Source: an uncultured bacterium (lineage in GTDB: Bacteria > Acidobacteriota > Thermoanaerobaculia > Multivoradales > JAHZIX01). Taken from it: a stretch of DNA of 64,000 nt. Shown piece by piece: positions 1-8,603 of this stretch (the first letter of the stretch is position 1; the number at the start of each line of letters is the position of its first letter). The DNA is taken from assembly GCA_965368975.1 (NCBI GenBank), contig CBDUPA010000002.1, forward strand, positions 320,001-384,000, given 5' to 3'. The notes under the pieces were generated by a model. The model saw only the letters and a list, made by a program, of their open reading frames with translations. It did not search any database and had not been told where the DNA came from. The position numbers and the translations under genes are program-made.

Positions 1-122
1 AAGCTGACAAGCGCACTGCCCAGACGCCCACCCTGTTCCTTCTGGTACTGCAACGCTCTCTGCAGTTGCCCCTTGTCGATCTTGCCTGCCTTGATCAGCG
101 CCTCGCCAAATTTTTCTTGCAT
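1..122 (-). CDS. N-terminus (partial, runs off window) of a PilB/GspE-type secretion ATPase with MshEN-like motif
   Basis: Manual translation from ATG at 122: MQEKFGEALIKAGKIDKGQLQRALQYQKEQGGRLGSALVS, matching the MshEN pattern (K/R)(L/F)GxxLxxxGxIxxxQLxxALxxQ...RLG. Confidence 0.7.
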   Translation of the reverse strand, partial: MQEKFGEALIKAGKIDKGQLQRALQYQKEQGGRLGSALVS

Positions 123-241
123 CTGTCTCGCGTCCAGGAGACCGCTCCCAAGAGTTGGGAGTGATCGAGGTGGATGAAATGAGCGGCGTCTCCGAATGAA
201 GGCTCGCAGCTGGTCAGTGTAGCAATGCCCTCAAAGCCGGG

Positions 242-1270
242 TCAATGAGAGGTTCTTGTAAGTAGCTCCAAGGCACGCTCCACGACCACTGCCGGCGGGA
301 TGCCGAGCAGACAGGCTTTGGCTTCTTCGTAGCGCTTATAACAGTAGCTGCACGGCAGCGGCCGAGCCAGCGCTCGCCGCGGCTCCCCATAAGGACCGTG
401 GCGACGGGGGTCGGTCGGGCCAAGTACACACAGCACCGGGGCTCCCAAGGCGTGTGCCAGGTGCAACGGACCGCTGTCCCCCCCCAGCACCAAGCGGGCC
501 CGGCGCATCAGACCAGCAAGCGTCGGCAGGTCGATCAAGCCCAGATCACGCGCCGCACCTTGCGACGCGGCCGCCAGCTCCGCCGCCAGTTCCTGCTCCC
601 CGGGGCCGCAGGGGACCCAGACCCGGATACCGGTCTGTTGGTGAATCTGCCGGGCGACCGTCCCCCACCACCGAGCCGGATATACCTTGTTGCCCCATCC
701 GGCCCCAGGAGGGATCAGGGCAAATGGCTCCGGGTGGGCGTCGAGCAGCTGCTGGACGGCTGGCGGCTCGGTGGTCATGATTCGTTCGGCGCCAAAGTCG
801 ACATCGACCGGGGGAATCTGCAGCGCATCGAGCACCCCCAGCACCTGATCGACGGCGTGCTCACCGCGCGGCCGTACCGTCTCGTTGATCCACAGCGCAC
901 TCGATGGCTCCCGGCGAAACGGACGCGCCAGCCCGATACGGCGCGGACAGCCACTGAGCCAAGCCAGCGTACCGGCCTTGTGGTTCCCCATCAGGTCGAG
1001 CACCGCGTCGGCATGGAACTCGCGCATGGCCCGGACGGCAGCGCGCATCTCACGCCAGGTGGCGGCACGACCCAGCGCCCGGCGCCAGCCGCGCAGCTTC
1101 ACTGGGATACGCACGTCGATGTCGGGGTGGTCCTGCAGTAGAGGCAGCATGGACGCCTCGACCACCCAGCCGACGCGGGCTTCCGGCAGGTGACGGCGCA
1201 ATGCCGTCAGCACGGGCAGCGCGTGGACGATGTCTCCCAGGGCACTGGTGCGGATGATCAGCAGACGCAC
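242..1270 (-). CDS. waaC: Lipopolysaccharide heptosyltransferase I-like (GT9)
   Basis: IIRTSALGDIVHALPV N-terminus, GAGWGNKVYP, GGDSGPLHLAHALG motifs; downstream of heptose kinase/adenylyltransferase genes. Confidence 0.85.
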   Translation of the reverse strand: MRLLIIRTSALGDIVHALPVLTALRRHLPEARVGWVVEASMLPLLQDHPDIDVRIPVKLRGWRRALGRAATWREMRAAVRAMREFHADAVLDLMGNHKAGTLAWLSGCPRRIGLARPFRREPSSALWINETVRPRGEHAVDQVLGVLDALQIPPVDVDFGAERIMTTEPPAVQQLLDAHPEPFALIPPGAGWGNKVYPARWWGTVARQIHQQTGIRVWVPCGPGEQELAAELAAASQGAARDLGLIDLPTLAGLMRRARLVLGGDSGPLHLAHALGAPVLCVLGPTDPRRHGPYGEPRRALARPLPCSYCYKRYEEAKACLLGIPPAVVVERALELLTRTSH

Positions 1271-1293
1271 GCCGGGGTCTCGACGCGGGAGCG

Positions 1294-1815
1294 TCAGGAG
1301 TGCGCCTTCAGGGGGGGTGCCTTCAGGGGGAGGGCCTTCAGGGGGAGGGCCTTGACGGCGGCGATGATATCGCTGGTGGCGTGGTCCTTGGGATCGCCAA
1401 CCAGACGCGTCTCACCGCCGTAGGCTTGGACCACCGGGTATTCGGGGACGTTCTCGGGCGTGCCGTAGTCCGTGCCCTTGCAGTGCACGTCGGGCTGCAG
1501 CAGGGTGAGCAGGGGAGCCGGCGAGTCCCCTTCGAAGATGACGACAAAGTCGACCGGCTCCAGCGCCGCCAGTAGCTCGGCCCGCTCGGCGGACGGCACG
1601 ACCGGCCGTCCCTCGCCCTTGAGGCTGCGCACGGAATCGTCACTGTTGAGGCCCACCACCAGCGCATCCGCGGTGGCTCGGGCATCGCGCAGATAGCGCA
1701 GATGACCGACGTGCAGCAGATCGAAATGGCCGTTGGCGAAGGCGACCCGCTGGCCGGCAGCGCGCAAGTCGTCCAGCCGGCTCTTCAACTGCTCTGGCGA
1801 GATTACTTCTCCCAT
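1294..1815 (-). CDS. rfaE2: D-glycero-beta-D-manno-heptose 1-phosphate adenylyltransferase (RfaE domain II, HldC-type)
   Basis: FANGHFDLLHVGHLRYL (HxGH), VGLNSDDSVRSLKGEGRP, KGTDY motifs. Confidence 0.9.
   Translation of the reverse strand: MGEVISPEQLKSRLDDLRAAGQRVAFANGHFDLLHVGHLRYLRDARATADALVVGLNSDDSVRSLKGEGRPVVPSAERAELLAALEPVDFVVIFEGDSPAPLLTLLQPDVHCKGTDYGTPENVPEYPVVQAYGGETRLVGDPKDHATSDIIAAVKALPLKALPLKAPPLKAHS
1304..1353. repeat. 15-bp tandem repeat (~3.3 copies) encoding KALPL-KALPL-KAPPL-KA at the C-terminus of the adenylyltransferase
   Basis: gccttcagggggggt gccttcagggggagg gccttcagggggagg gcctt. Confidence 0.9.
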
Positions 1816-1842
1816 CGTACGTCTCCCATCGTTCTGCTCCTA

Positions 1843-1876
1843 TCGTCCTGGCCATCAGCTCGTCCTGGCCATCAGC
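1843..1876. repeat. 17-bp perfect tandem duplication, intergenic
   Basis: tcgtcctggccatcagc x2. Confidence 0.9.
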
Positions 1877-1887
1877 CTCTGGAAGGC

Positions 1888-2973
1888 TTACTTCGGTTCC
1901 GTCCCGGCAAGGTAGCGCAAGCTCTGGAGCGGCGTCGGGTCGGATTCGACGGCATGGCGCAGCTCAGCCGGACTGACCGTCGCGGTACCCATCTTGGTGA
2001 CCACGATGCCGCCGGCGTAGTTGGCGAGCAGCGCCGCTTCCAGGGGATCGCCACCGGCGGCCAGCGCAAGGGCAAACGTGCCGATCACGGTATCGCCCGC
2101 GCCGGTGACGTCCGCGACCTGGTCCGTACCGTGTACCGGCAGGCAGACCGCTCCGTCTGCGTCGCACAACACCATACCGTGACTGCCGCGCGTGATCAGC
2201 AGAAAGCCGAGCCCGAGCCGGGCACGCAACTGCTGCGCGGCAGTGTGCAAGCCGTCATCGGCTTCGGGCAGCGGATGGCCCAGCAGATTCTCGGTCTCTT
2301 CCTCGTTGGGCGTGGCGCCATCGAGATGCTGCCACGCATCCAGTCGATAGCGACTGTCGCCGAGCACGAGACCCCCGGGTGCCAGCGCCTCTCGGACTGC
2401 CGCCAGCAGCGCAGGTACCGCGGCACCGTAGCCGTAATCGCTGACCACAGCGACGGTGGCCTGCTCACCCTCGGTACCAGCGCGCAGCCGGCGCGTCAGC
2501 TCGGCGCTCTCGTCAGCGGTCAGTTCGAGCGGTTCCTCGACGTCGTAGCGCACGATCTGCTGCTTGATGGCGTGACGGCCACCGCCCAGGATGCGCGTCT
2601 TGGTCGGCGTTCGGTAGCCAGCGCGCACCAGAATACCTTCGGTGTCGATACCGCGCTCGGCCAGGACCGCCAGCAACTGCCGACCGCTGGCATCGTCGCC
2701 CACCACGCCGACCGGCATGGGGCGACCGCCCAGCGCTCGCACGTTGGTCACCGCGTTGGCGCCACCCCCGGGAATCAGCGTCTCATCCTGGAAGCTGAGG
2801 ATCAGCACCGGTGCCTCGCGGCTGATGCGCTTCGGGATCCCGGTGATGAAGCGATCCGCCACCAGGTCCGCCAGAATCACGACACGACAACCATCCATGG
2901 CGTCGATGCGTGACAGCAAGCGCTCGCTGGATGGAACTGCGGAATGCGGGGAAGAACGTGGCGGAGAAGTCAT
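1888..2973 (-). CDS. rfaE1: D-glycero-beta-D-manno-heptose-7-phosphate kinase (RfaE domain I, PfkB family)
   Basis: RISREAPVLIL, PGGGANA, VSDYGYG, TPNEEE, DVTGAGDTV motifs. Confidence 0.9.
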   Translation of the reverse strand: MTSPPRSSPHSAVPSSERLLSRIDAMDGCRVVILADLVADRFITGIPKRISREAPVLILSFQDETLIPGGGANAVTNVRALGGRPMPVGVVGDDASGRQLLAVLAERGIDTEGILVRAGYRTPTKTRILGGGRHAIKQQIVRYDVEEPLELTADESAELTRRLRAGTEGEQATVAVVSDYGYGAAVPALLAAVREALAPGGLVLGDSRYRLDAWQHLDGATPNEEETENLLGHPLPEADDGLHTAAQQLRARLGLGFLLITRGSHGMVLCDADGAVCLPVHGTDQVADVTGAGDTVIGTFALALAAGGDPLEAALLANYAGGIVVTKMGTATVSPAELRHAVESDPTPLQSLRYLAGTEPK

Positions 2974-3215
2974 TCTTGAGACGTTGAATCAGACAGCAAA
3001 CTATACCACGCACCTGAAGTCCTCCCCCTCCAGCAGCTGCGTCACCGCCTCGAAGCCAGCTGTCCCTCAACGAAGACAGCAGCGCCCACGGAGCGTCCAC
3101 CTTGGGGGACACTGCCCGTACCGCTGATCGGGTCGAGCCCAGAAATTCCCGCTACAACAGGATTCTGTGGTGATGGCATCGATCCTGCGTAGGAAGAACA
3201 GCGGAGGGTCTTCAC

Positions 3216-3893
3216 ATGATGCCAGCACTCAAACAGCAGCCAGCCAACGAGACGACAGCCAACGGGCCAACCACGAGCCACAAGCCGAACCAGAGTTCCT
3301 GGGACTTCGAAGCGGCCGCGATGCCCTTCGTCGACTCGCTGTACAGCACGGCCTATCGCATGACGCGCAACTCCGAGGACGCCGAAGACCTCGTGCAAGA
3401 GACGTACATGAAGGCCTACAAGTACTACGACAAGTTCCAGGAAGGGACCAACTTCAAGGCCTGGCTGTTCAAGATCCTCAAGAACACGTTCATCAACGCC
3501 TACCGCAAGAAGCAGCAGAAGCCGCTCGAGAACGACTTCGCCGAGATCGAAGATGCCTTCGAATCGCAGGTCAGCGACCAGGCTACCGGACTGCTCAAGA
3601 GTCCTGAAGAGCGGCTGCTAGAAAACGTCCTCGACGAGCACATCCAAAGGGCACTGGAGAGCTTGCCCGAAGACTTCCGCGTCGCCGTCCTCCTGGCCGA
3701 TCTGGAAGATTTCTCCTACAAAGAGATTGCCGAGATCCTCAACGTTCCCGTGGGTACCGTGATGAGCCGCCTCTACCGAGGCCGGCGCTTGCTCGAAGCC
3801 GCGATGCTGACCTACGCCAAGGACCACGGCTACCTCAGGGAGGGAGAACCGACCAAGATGCGCAGCCGTCGCGGCCGCAAGAAGAAAGAGTGA
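3216..3893 (+). CDS. ECF RNA polymerase sigma factor (SigH/SigR-like)
   Basis: [68 protein letters not shown]; followed by a zinc anti-sigma gene. Confidence 0.92.
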   Translation: MMPALKQQPANETTANGPTTSHKPNQSSWDFEAAAMPFVDSLYSTAYRMTRNSEDAEDLVQETYMKAYKYYDKFQEGTNFKAWLFKILKNTFINAYRKKQQKPLENDFAEIEDAFESQVSDQATGLLKSPEERLLENVLDEHIQRALESLPEDFRVAVLLADLEDFSYKEIAEILNVPVGTVMSRLYRGRRLLEAAMLTYAKDHGYLREGEPTKMRSRRGRKKKE

Positions 3894-4041
3894 GGCTCCT
3901 GCAAACTGAAGAAGGCTCCCTGAAGAACACTCGCTAGACAGATTTAGCTGCAGACAAGCCTAGCTATCCGAACCGAGAACCTGACCGCGGGATGCCGCGG
4001 TGCCGGGCAAAGAAGCGTAGACCATCTTTCTGCCGACAGCC

Positions 4042-4069
4042 GGAATATGCCGGCCCGTCTCCCCTGTTG
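4042..4069 (+). promoter_or_regulatory. Candidate SigR/SigH-type ECF promoter upstream of the anti-sigma gene
   Basis: GGAAT-N19-GTTG, resembling the GGAAY-N18/19-GTT consensus of actinobacterial SigR/SigH. Confidence 0.35.
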
Positions 4070-4164
4070 TGGGGGTTGGATCGAGCCCCCAACGAAGTGC
4101 CCAGATGAGTGAGTAGGTGGAACGGGGTTCCTCCGATCCTCAAGAAGGCACAGGAGAGACGCGC

Positions 4165-4407
4165 ATGGACTGTTCCAGGTTCCGAGAAGTAGTGTTCCAA
4201 TTTGCGGACGGCGAGATGGAAGGTGAGCTCCTAGCCGACTTCCGCACACACATGGCTGGCTGCCCCGATTGTGACCAGCGCCGCCAGACTACCGAGCGCT
4301 GGCTGCAAACGCTGAAGCGGCGGCTGCCCAAGTTGACCGCTCCCGAAAGGCTACGCCAGCGGATTCTGCACAATCTGCCGCACCGACGCTTCCGTAGCAC
4401 CGCTTGA
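4165..4407 (+). CDS. Zinc-binding anti-sigma factor (zf-HC2 / ZAS, RsrA/RshA-like)
   Basis: caggag RBS then ATG 4165; MDCSRF...ADGEM...HMAGCPDC (HxxxCxxC)...APERLRQRI. Confidence 0.88.
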   Translation: MDCSRFREVVFQFADGEMEGELLADFRTHMAGCPDCDQRRQTTERWLQTLKRRLPKLTAPERLRQRILHNLPHRRFRSTA

Positions 4408-4490
4408 AGGTGTCCAGAAGAGACAGGCAATCTCTGATCTCACAATAACTTCCTGTGGTACGCTCGAAAGAATATGGCCGAGAGCGAACT

Positions 4491-5978
4491 ATGAAGCGAG
4501 ACAACCTACCCCAAGCTTCCCCCGACTCCTCTTCCAACTCGACTTCTCGAGAGGCTCTGTCCCTTAGAGAGGCGTCCCTTCAAGAAGCTCCGTCGTGGCG
4601 CCGTCCAAACTGGATCGTGCGCCTGGGCCTGCCCCTGGGTCTGGTGGCAGCGGCCCTGCTCATGATGCAGAGCACGCTGCACTTGCAACAAGCCAACACC
4701 ACTCCTCGAGCTCAGTCCGCCCTGCGCTTCGACCCCGATCTGGCGCTCCATCCCGCTGGCAGCCCGCTGCGCGTCGCGACGCGTGACATCCCGCTGATGT
4801 TGCCGCTGGAGCGCGGCCAGACGCTGGGCTCCGTCCTCGGTGACTTCGGCCTCGAGCCGGCGGAAGCTCGCGACGTGGTCGAGGCACTCGCCGAGCATGT
4901 GGACCCACGGCGCTTGCGGGCCGGCGATCCCTACGCCGCCTACCTGGAAGAAGACGGTGCCCTGCACGCTTTCCAGCTGGTGGTTCCGGAGAAGGGGAAG
5001 GTGCGCGTGGCCCGCGACGACCAGGGCTGGTCGACTTCGTGGCGTGACTTTGTCCGCACCGAGCGTCTGAGCCAGGTCCGCGGCACCCTCGAAGGTGCCC
5101 TGGAAACTGCGATCCGCGACGCCGGTGGACGCCCCTCCGTAGCCTTCCTGATGGCCGACGCCCTGCAGTGGGACCTCGACTTCAACCGCGATCTGCGCAC
5201 AGGCGACCGCTTCGAAGCCCTGTTCGAAGAGGTGTACCTGGACGGCCGGTACCACGGCCTGGGACGCTTGCTGGCCGTGGTCTACGAGACGCGAGGCCAG
5301 CGGCTGGAAGGCTTCCGGTTCGACGGCGAGGGCCGCGGAGGCGACGACGGCGGTTTCTACGACGCCGAGGGACGGCCGCTGTGGAAGATGTTCCTGCGCT
5401 CACCGATGCGCTACTCGCGAGTGACCTCGCAGTTCAGCCATCGTCGCTTCCACCCCGTGCTCAAGACGTACCGCCCGCACTACGGCGTCGACTACGGCGC
5501 CCCCACCGGCACGCCAGTGCGGGTAACGGCTAGTGGCACCGTCAACTTTGCCGGCTGGAACGGTGGCGCCGGACGCATGGTGCGCGTGCGCCACCCCAAC
5601 GACTACGAGACCGCCTACCTGCATCTATCCGGGTTCGCCGACGGCATCCGCTCCGGTGCCCGCGTCAGCCAGGGGCAGGTCGTCGGCTACGTCGGCTCGA
5701 CCGGTCTGTCGACCGGCCCACACCTGGACTACCGCGTCAAACACCGCGGCAGCTACATCAATCCGGGCTCGCTCAAGACCATGCCCGCCGAACCGATCGC
5801 CCAGAAGGATCTGCCCGAGTTCATCGCCTGGCGCGATGCCCTGCGTCACAGCATGGCGACCGGGGAACCATTGCCCGAAGATCCGTTCCGCGTCGACGAA
5901 CCTGACGCGACCGCGCTCCAGATCGCTGGCCAGAGCGACCGCGAAGCGGCGGACGGGGCCACGGTTCGCACTCGCTGA
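4491..5978 (+). CDS. Membrane-anchored M23 family peptidoglycan DD-endopeptidase (MepM/Csd3-like)
   Basis: HYGVDYGAPTGTPV, YLHLS, STGPHLDY zinc motifs; N-terminal TM helix; start uncertain. Confidence 0.9.
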   Translation: MKRDNLPQASPDSSSNSTSREALSLREASLQEAPSWRRPNWIVRLGLPLGLVAAALLMMQSTLHLQQANTTPRAQSALRFDPDLALHPAGSPLRVATRDIPLMLPLERGQTLGSVLGDFGLEPAEARDVVEALAEHVDPRRLRAGDPYAAYLEEDGALHAFQLVVPEKGKVRVARDDQGWSTSWRDFVRTERLSQVRGTLEGALETAIRDAGGRPSVAFLMADALQWDLDFNRDLRTGDRFEALFEEVYLDGRYHGLGRLLAVVYETRGQRLEGFRFDGEGRGGDDGGFYDAEGRPLWKMFLRSPMRYSRVTSQFSHRRFHPVLKTYRPHYGVDYGAPTGTPVRVTASGTVNFAGWNGGAGRMVRVRHPNDYETAYLHLSGFADGIRSGARVSQGQVVGYVGSTGLSTGPHLDYRVKHRGSYINPGSLKTMPAEPIAQKDLPEFIAWRDALRHSMATGEPLPEDPFRVDEPDATALQIAGQSDREAADGATVRTR

Positions 5979-5997
5979 GGCGGCGGAGAGCCCCTTT

Positions 5998-7098
5998 TTG
6001 AGCACTCCGAGCGCATCCTCCCGTGGCGTCACAGCTCGGGCGTGGTGCCGCGTAGACCTGGCCGGCGGCACCCTCGACATCTGGCCCCTGGGTCAGCTCG
6101 TCACCGGGGCACGCACTCTGAGTGTCGCCATCAGCCTGCCGGTGAGCGTGACAGCCCGCTTGGCCGAAAACGGGCCGGCTGCAGTCAGCAGACCCACTGC
6201 GGCCTTCAGCGTGCACATGGCCGACGCCGACACCGTGCACGCGGCCAGCTGGGAACAGTTGAAGGCCAACCCCAAGACGGCGCTCGTCGGCGTCATCGCC
6301 GAAGCCCTCGAAATACCCCCGGTGCGGTTGCACCTGGACAGCGCCTCACCACGCGGCGCCGGTCTGGGCGCCAGTTCGGCTCTGGCCGTTGCCCTGATCG
6401 CCGCGTGCCAGACCTTGCTCGCTCCCGCCGATCGAGCAGCGACTGCCGTAGAGGACGCCACGGCCCCCGACGCGATCCACCGCTACGCCGCCATGGCCCG
6501 GGACCTCGAAGCGCGCCTCATGAGGCTGCCGACGGGCACCCAGGACCATTACGCGGCGCTGCTCGGCGGTGTCGTCGAACTGACTTACCCGGCAGGCGGT
6601 CTCAGCAGCACCGGTGCTGCGTCCGCGATCCAGCGCCTGGACGTCGACCTCGACGCGCTGGGCGACAGCCTGATCGTGGTCTACAGCGGCCAGAGTCACA
6701 TCTCCGCCGACACGAACTGGCAAGTGATCCGCCGCTTCCTCGACGGCGAAGCGGACACCGTCGCCTGTTTCGACGGTATCGCCGCCGCCGCTGGCGATCT
6801 GCACTCAGCACTCCTGGCCGGCGACCTCGAAGGCGTCGGCGCGTGCATGGCCCGTGAGTGGCACCACCGCAGCCGCCTGGCGCCCGGGGTCTCGACGCCC
6901 AAGCTCGAAGCCCTGCTCCAGGCAGCACGCGACCATGGCGCCTGGGGGGGGAAGGCATGCGGAGCCGGTGGCGGTGGCTGCCTCGCGGTGCTCTGTCCTC
7001 CCGAACGGCGGGACGACGTGACGCAGGCTATGGCCACTCTGGGTGGCCAGCTGCTCGAGGCGCGCCCCGTTGCCGAGGGCTTGCGGCTGAAGGCCTGA
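5998..7098 (+). CDS. GHMP sugar kinase (HddA-like D-glycero-alpha-D-manno-heptose-7-phosphate kinase family)
   Basis: RVDLAGGTLD, PRGAGLGASSA, GTQDHYAA, GGKACGAGGGG; probable TTG start at 5998 after GGAG (5533 start of the ORF track overlaps the M23 gene). Confidence 0.8.
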   Translation: MSTPSASSRGVTARAWCRVDLAGGTLDIWPLGQLVTGARTLSVAISLPVSVTARLAENGPAAVSRPTAAFSVHMADADTVHAASWEQLKANPKTALVGVIAEALEIPPVRLHLDSASPRGAGLGASSALAVALIAACQTLLAPADRAATAVEDATAPDAIHRYAAMARDLEARLMRLPTGTQDHYAALLGGVVELTYPAGGLSSTGAASAIQRLDVDLDALGDSLIVVYSGQSHISADTNWQVIRRFLDGEADTVACFDGIAAAAGDLHSALLAGDLEGVGACMAREWHHRSRLAPGVSTPKLEALLQAARDHGAWGGKACGAGGGGCLAVLCPPERRDDVTQAMATLGGQLLEARPVAEGLRLKA

Positions 7099-7255
7099 AC
7101 AGACCGAGTTGAACGTCCTCTCCAGGTGACACTTTCTCGCCCCTCGGCCGCCTGATCCCCGGTTCTGCGGCGCTTTCCGAGGCTGGCATCCAGCTTGCTC
7201 TACTTCTTGCTGCTGAACAGCTAAGCTGTTGCCGATGCCTTGGAGAGGAGACACC

Positions 7256-8542
7256 ATGCAAAGATTCACCTTCAGCGTCGCCGGCCTGATCGTTCTGCTG
7301 CTGGCCAGCGGCGGCTGCGACCTCGATACCAGCGCCGCAACCAAGGCGCGCCCGAAGAGCGTCGAGGAGACTCTCCGCGACCTCGAGCAGCGCGAACAGC
7401 GCGTGCGCGATCGCGAAGTCGAACTGGCCGAGCAGAGCGAAGTCCTGGACTCCCGCGAAGCCAACCTACAAGCCCGCGAGCAGGGCGTCGTCGGCACCGA
7501 GAGCGACGTCGACGAACGCGCGCAGCAGCTGACGGCCCAAGTCGAGACCCTGGAGAGTCAGCTAGCGGCTCTGCAGCAACGAGAGAACGAGCTGGCGCGG
7601 GAACTGGAAGAAGCCGACGCACGCGCCCGTGAGCTGCAAACGCGCCAGGCGAGGCTCGACGAAGTCGATCAGTTGCTGCGCCAGCGCGAGAGCCGGCTCA
7701 CCGAGCGCGAAGACAAGGCCGCGCAGCGCGCCAGACAGCTCGACACCAGCGCAACGCAGCTGCGCCAACGCGAGCAGCGGGTGCACCAAGACGAAGCACA
7801 GCTACAGCAACGTCAGGCCACCCTGGACACGCAAGCTGCCCAGGTCCAGGACGAACGCCGACAGCTGGAGCGCGACGCGGCAGAGCTGGAGGCACAGCGT
7901 CAACGGCTGGCGCGCAGCGGGACCCTACCGCCCTATCAAGACCGCAACGAGCCGACCATTCCGCGGCGCACCGACGATCCGCGACGGCAGACACCTCCAC
8001 CGGTCAGTGGCGAGGCTCGTCCGATTGACGTTCGCCTACCCGCGGGGACGGAGTTGCAGGTCGAGTTTCTCGCATCCCTGAGCAGTGCCAGACAGCGCAG
8101 CGGCCAGACGTTTCGTACCCGGGTGTTCGAAGACCTCTATATCGACAACCGCCTGGCCATACCCGCCGGCTCCGAAGTCCTCGGCCTGGTGCATGGTGTG
8201 ACCGCTCTGCGCGATCGCGACGGCCGAGCGTGCCTCGAACTGCGCTTCACCCACCTGGTCCCCCGTGGCGGCACCTCCATCCCGATCCACGCCGAGTGGG
8301 TGGAAACGAGCAGCGACCGCAGCGGCCGCGACGCTGCCACCATCGGAGCCGCGACCCTGGGCGGCGCCTTGCTCGGCCGCATCCTTGATCGCGGCGGTGA
8401 CGGCGGCACCATCGTCGGCGCCATCCTGGGGGCCGCCACCGGCGCGGTGATCACCGGCAACCGCGGTGAAGAAGCCACCATCGACCAGGGCACCGTCATC
8501 CGGATGCGGCTGGAAGAGTCGGTCCGGGTGTCCAGCCGCTAG
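7256..8542 (+). CDS. Putative lipoprotein with long coiled coil and C-terminal beta domain plus glycine zipper
   Basis: GGAG RBS; signal ...LLLASGGC; ~200 aa Q/E/R-rich heptads; C-terminal LPAGTELQV...IPAGSEVLG and GAATLGGALLG...GAILGAATG. Confidence 0.65.
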   Translation: MQRFTFSVAGLIVLLLASGGCDLDTSAATKARPKSVEETLRDLEQREQRVRDREVELAEQSEVLDSREANLQAREQGVVGTESDVDERAQQLTAQVETLESQLAALQQRENELARELEEADARARELQTRQARLDEVDQLLRQRESRLTEREDKAAQRARQLDTSATQLRQREQRVHQDEAQLQQRQATLDTQAAQVQDERRQLERDAAELEAQRQRLARSGTLPPYQDRNEPTIPRRTDDPRRQTPPPVSGEARPIDVRLPAGTELQVEFLASLSSARQRSGQTFRTRVFEDLYIDNRLAIPAGSEVLGLVHGVTALRDRDGRACLELRFTHLVPRGGTSIPIHAEWVETSSDRSGRDAATIGAATLGGALLGRILDRGGDGGTIVGAILGAATGAVITGNRGEEATIDQGTVIRMRLEESVRVSSR

Positions 8543-8603
8543 AGCCGATCAGCAAGCATAGTACCCCTGGTCAGATTCGTGTCTCTTCGGTAGGCTGAAA
8601 GGG

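Noticed and set aside
5533-5997. N-terminal extension of the GHMP kinase ORF
   Set aside because: Overlaps the M23 gene in another frame; GHMP motifs start after ~6030 and an RBS/TTG lies at 5985-6000
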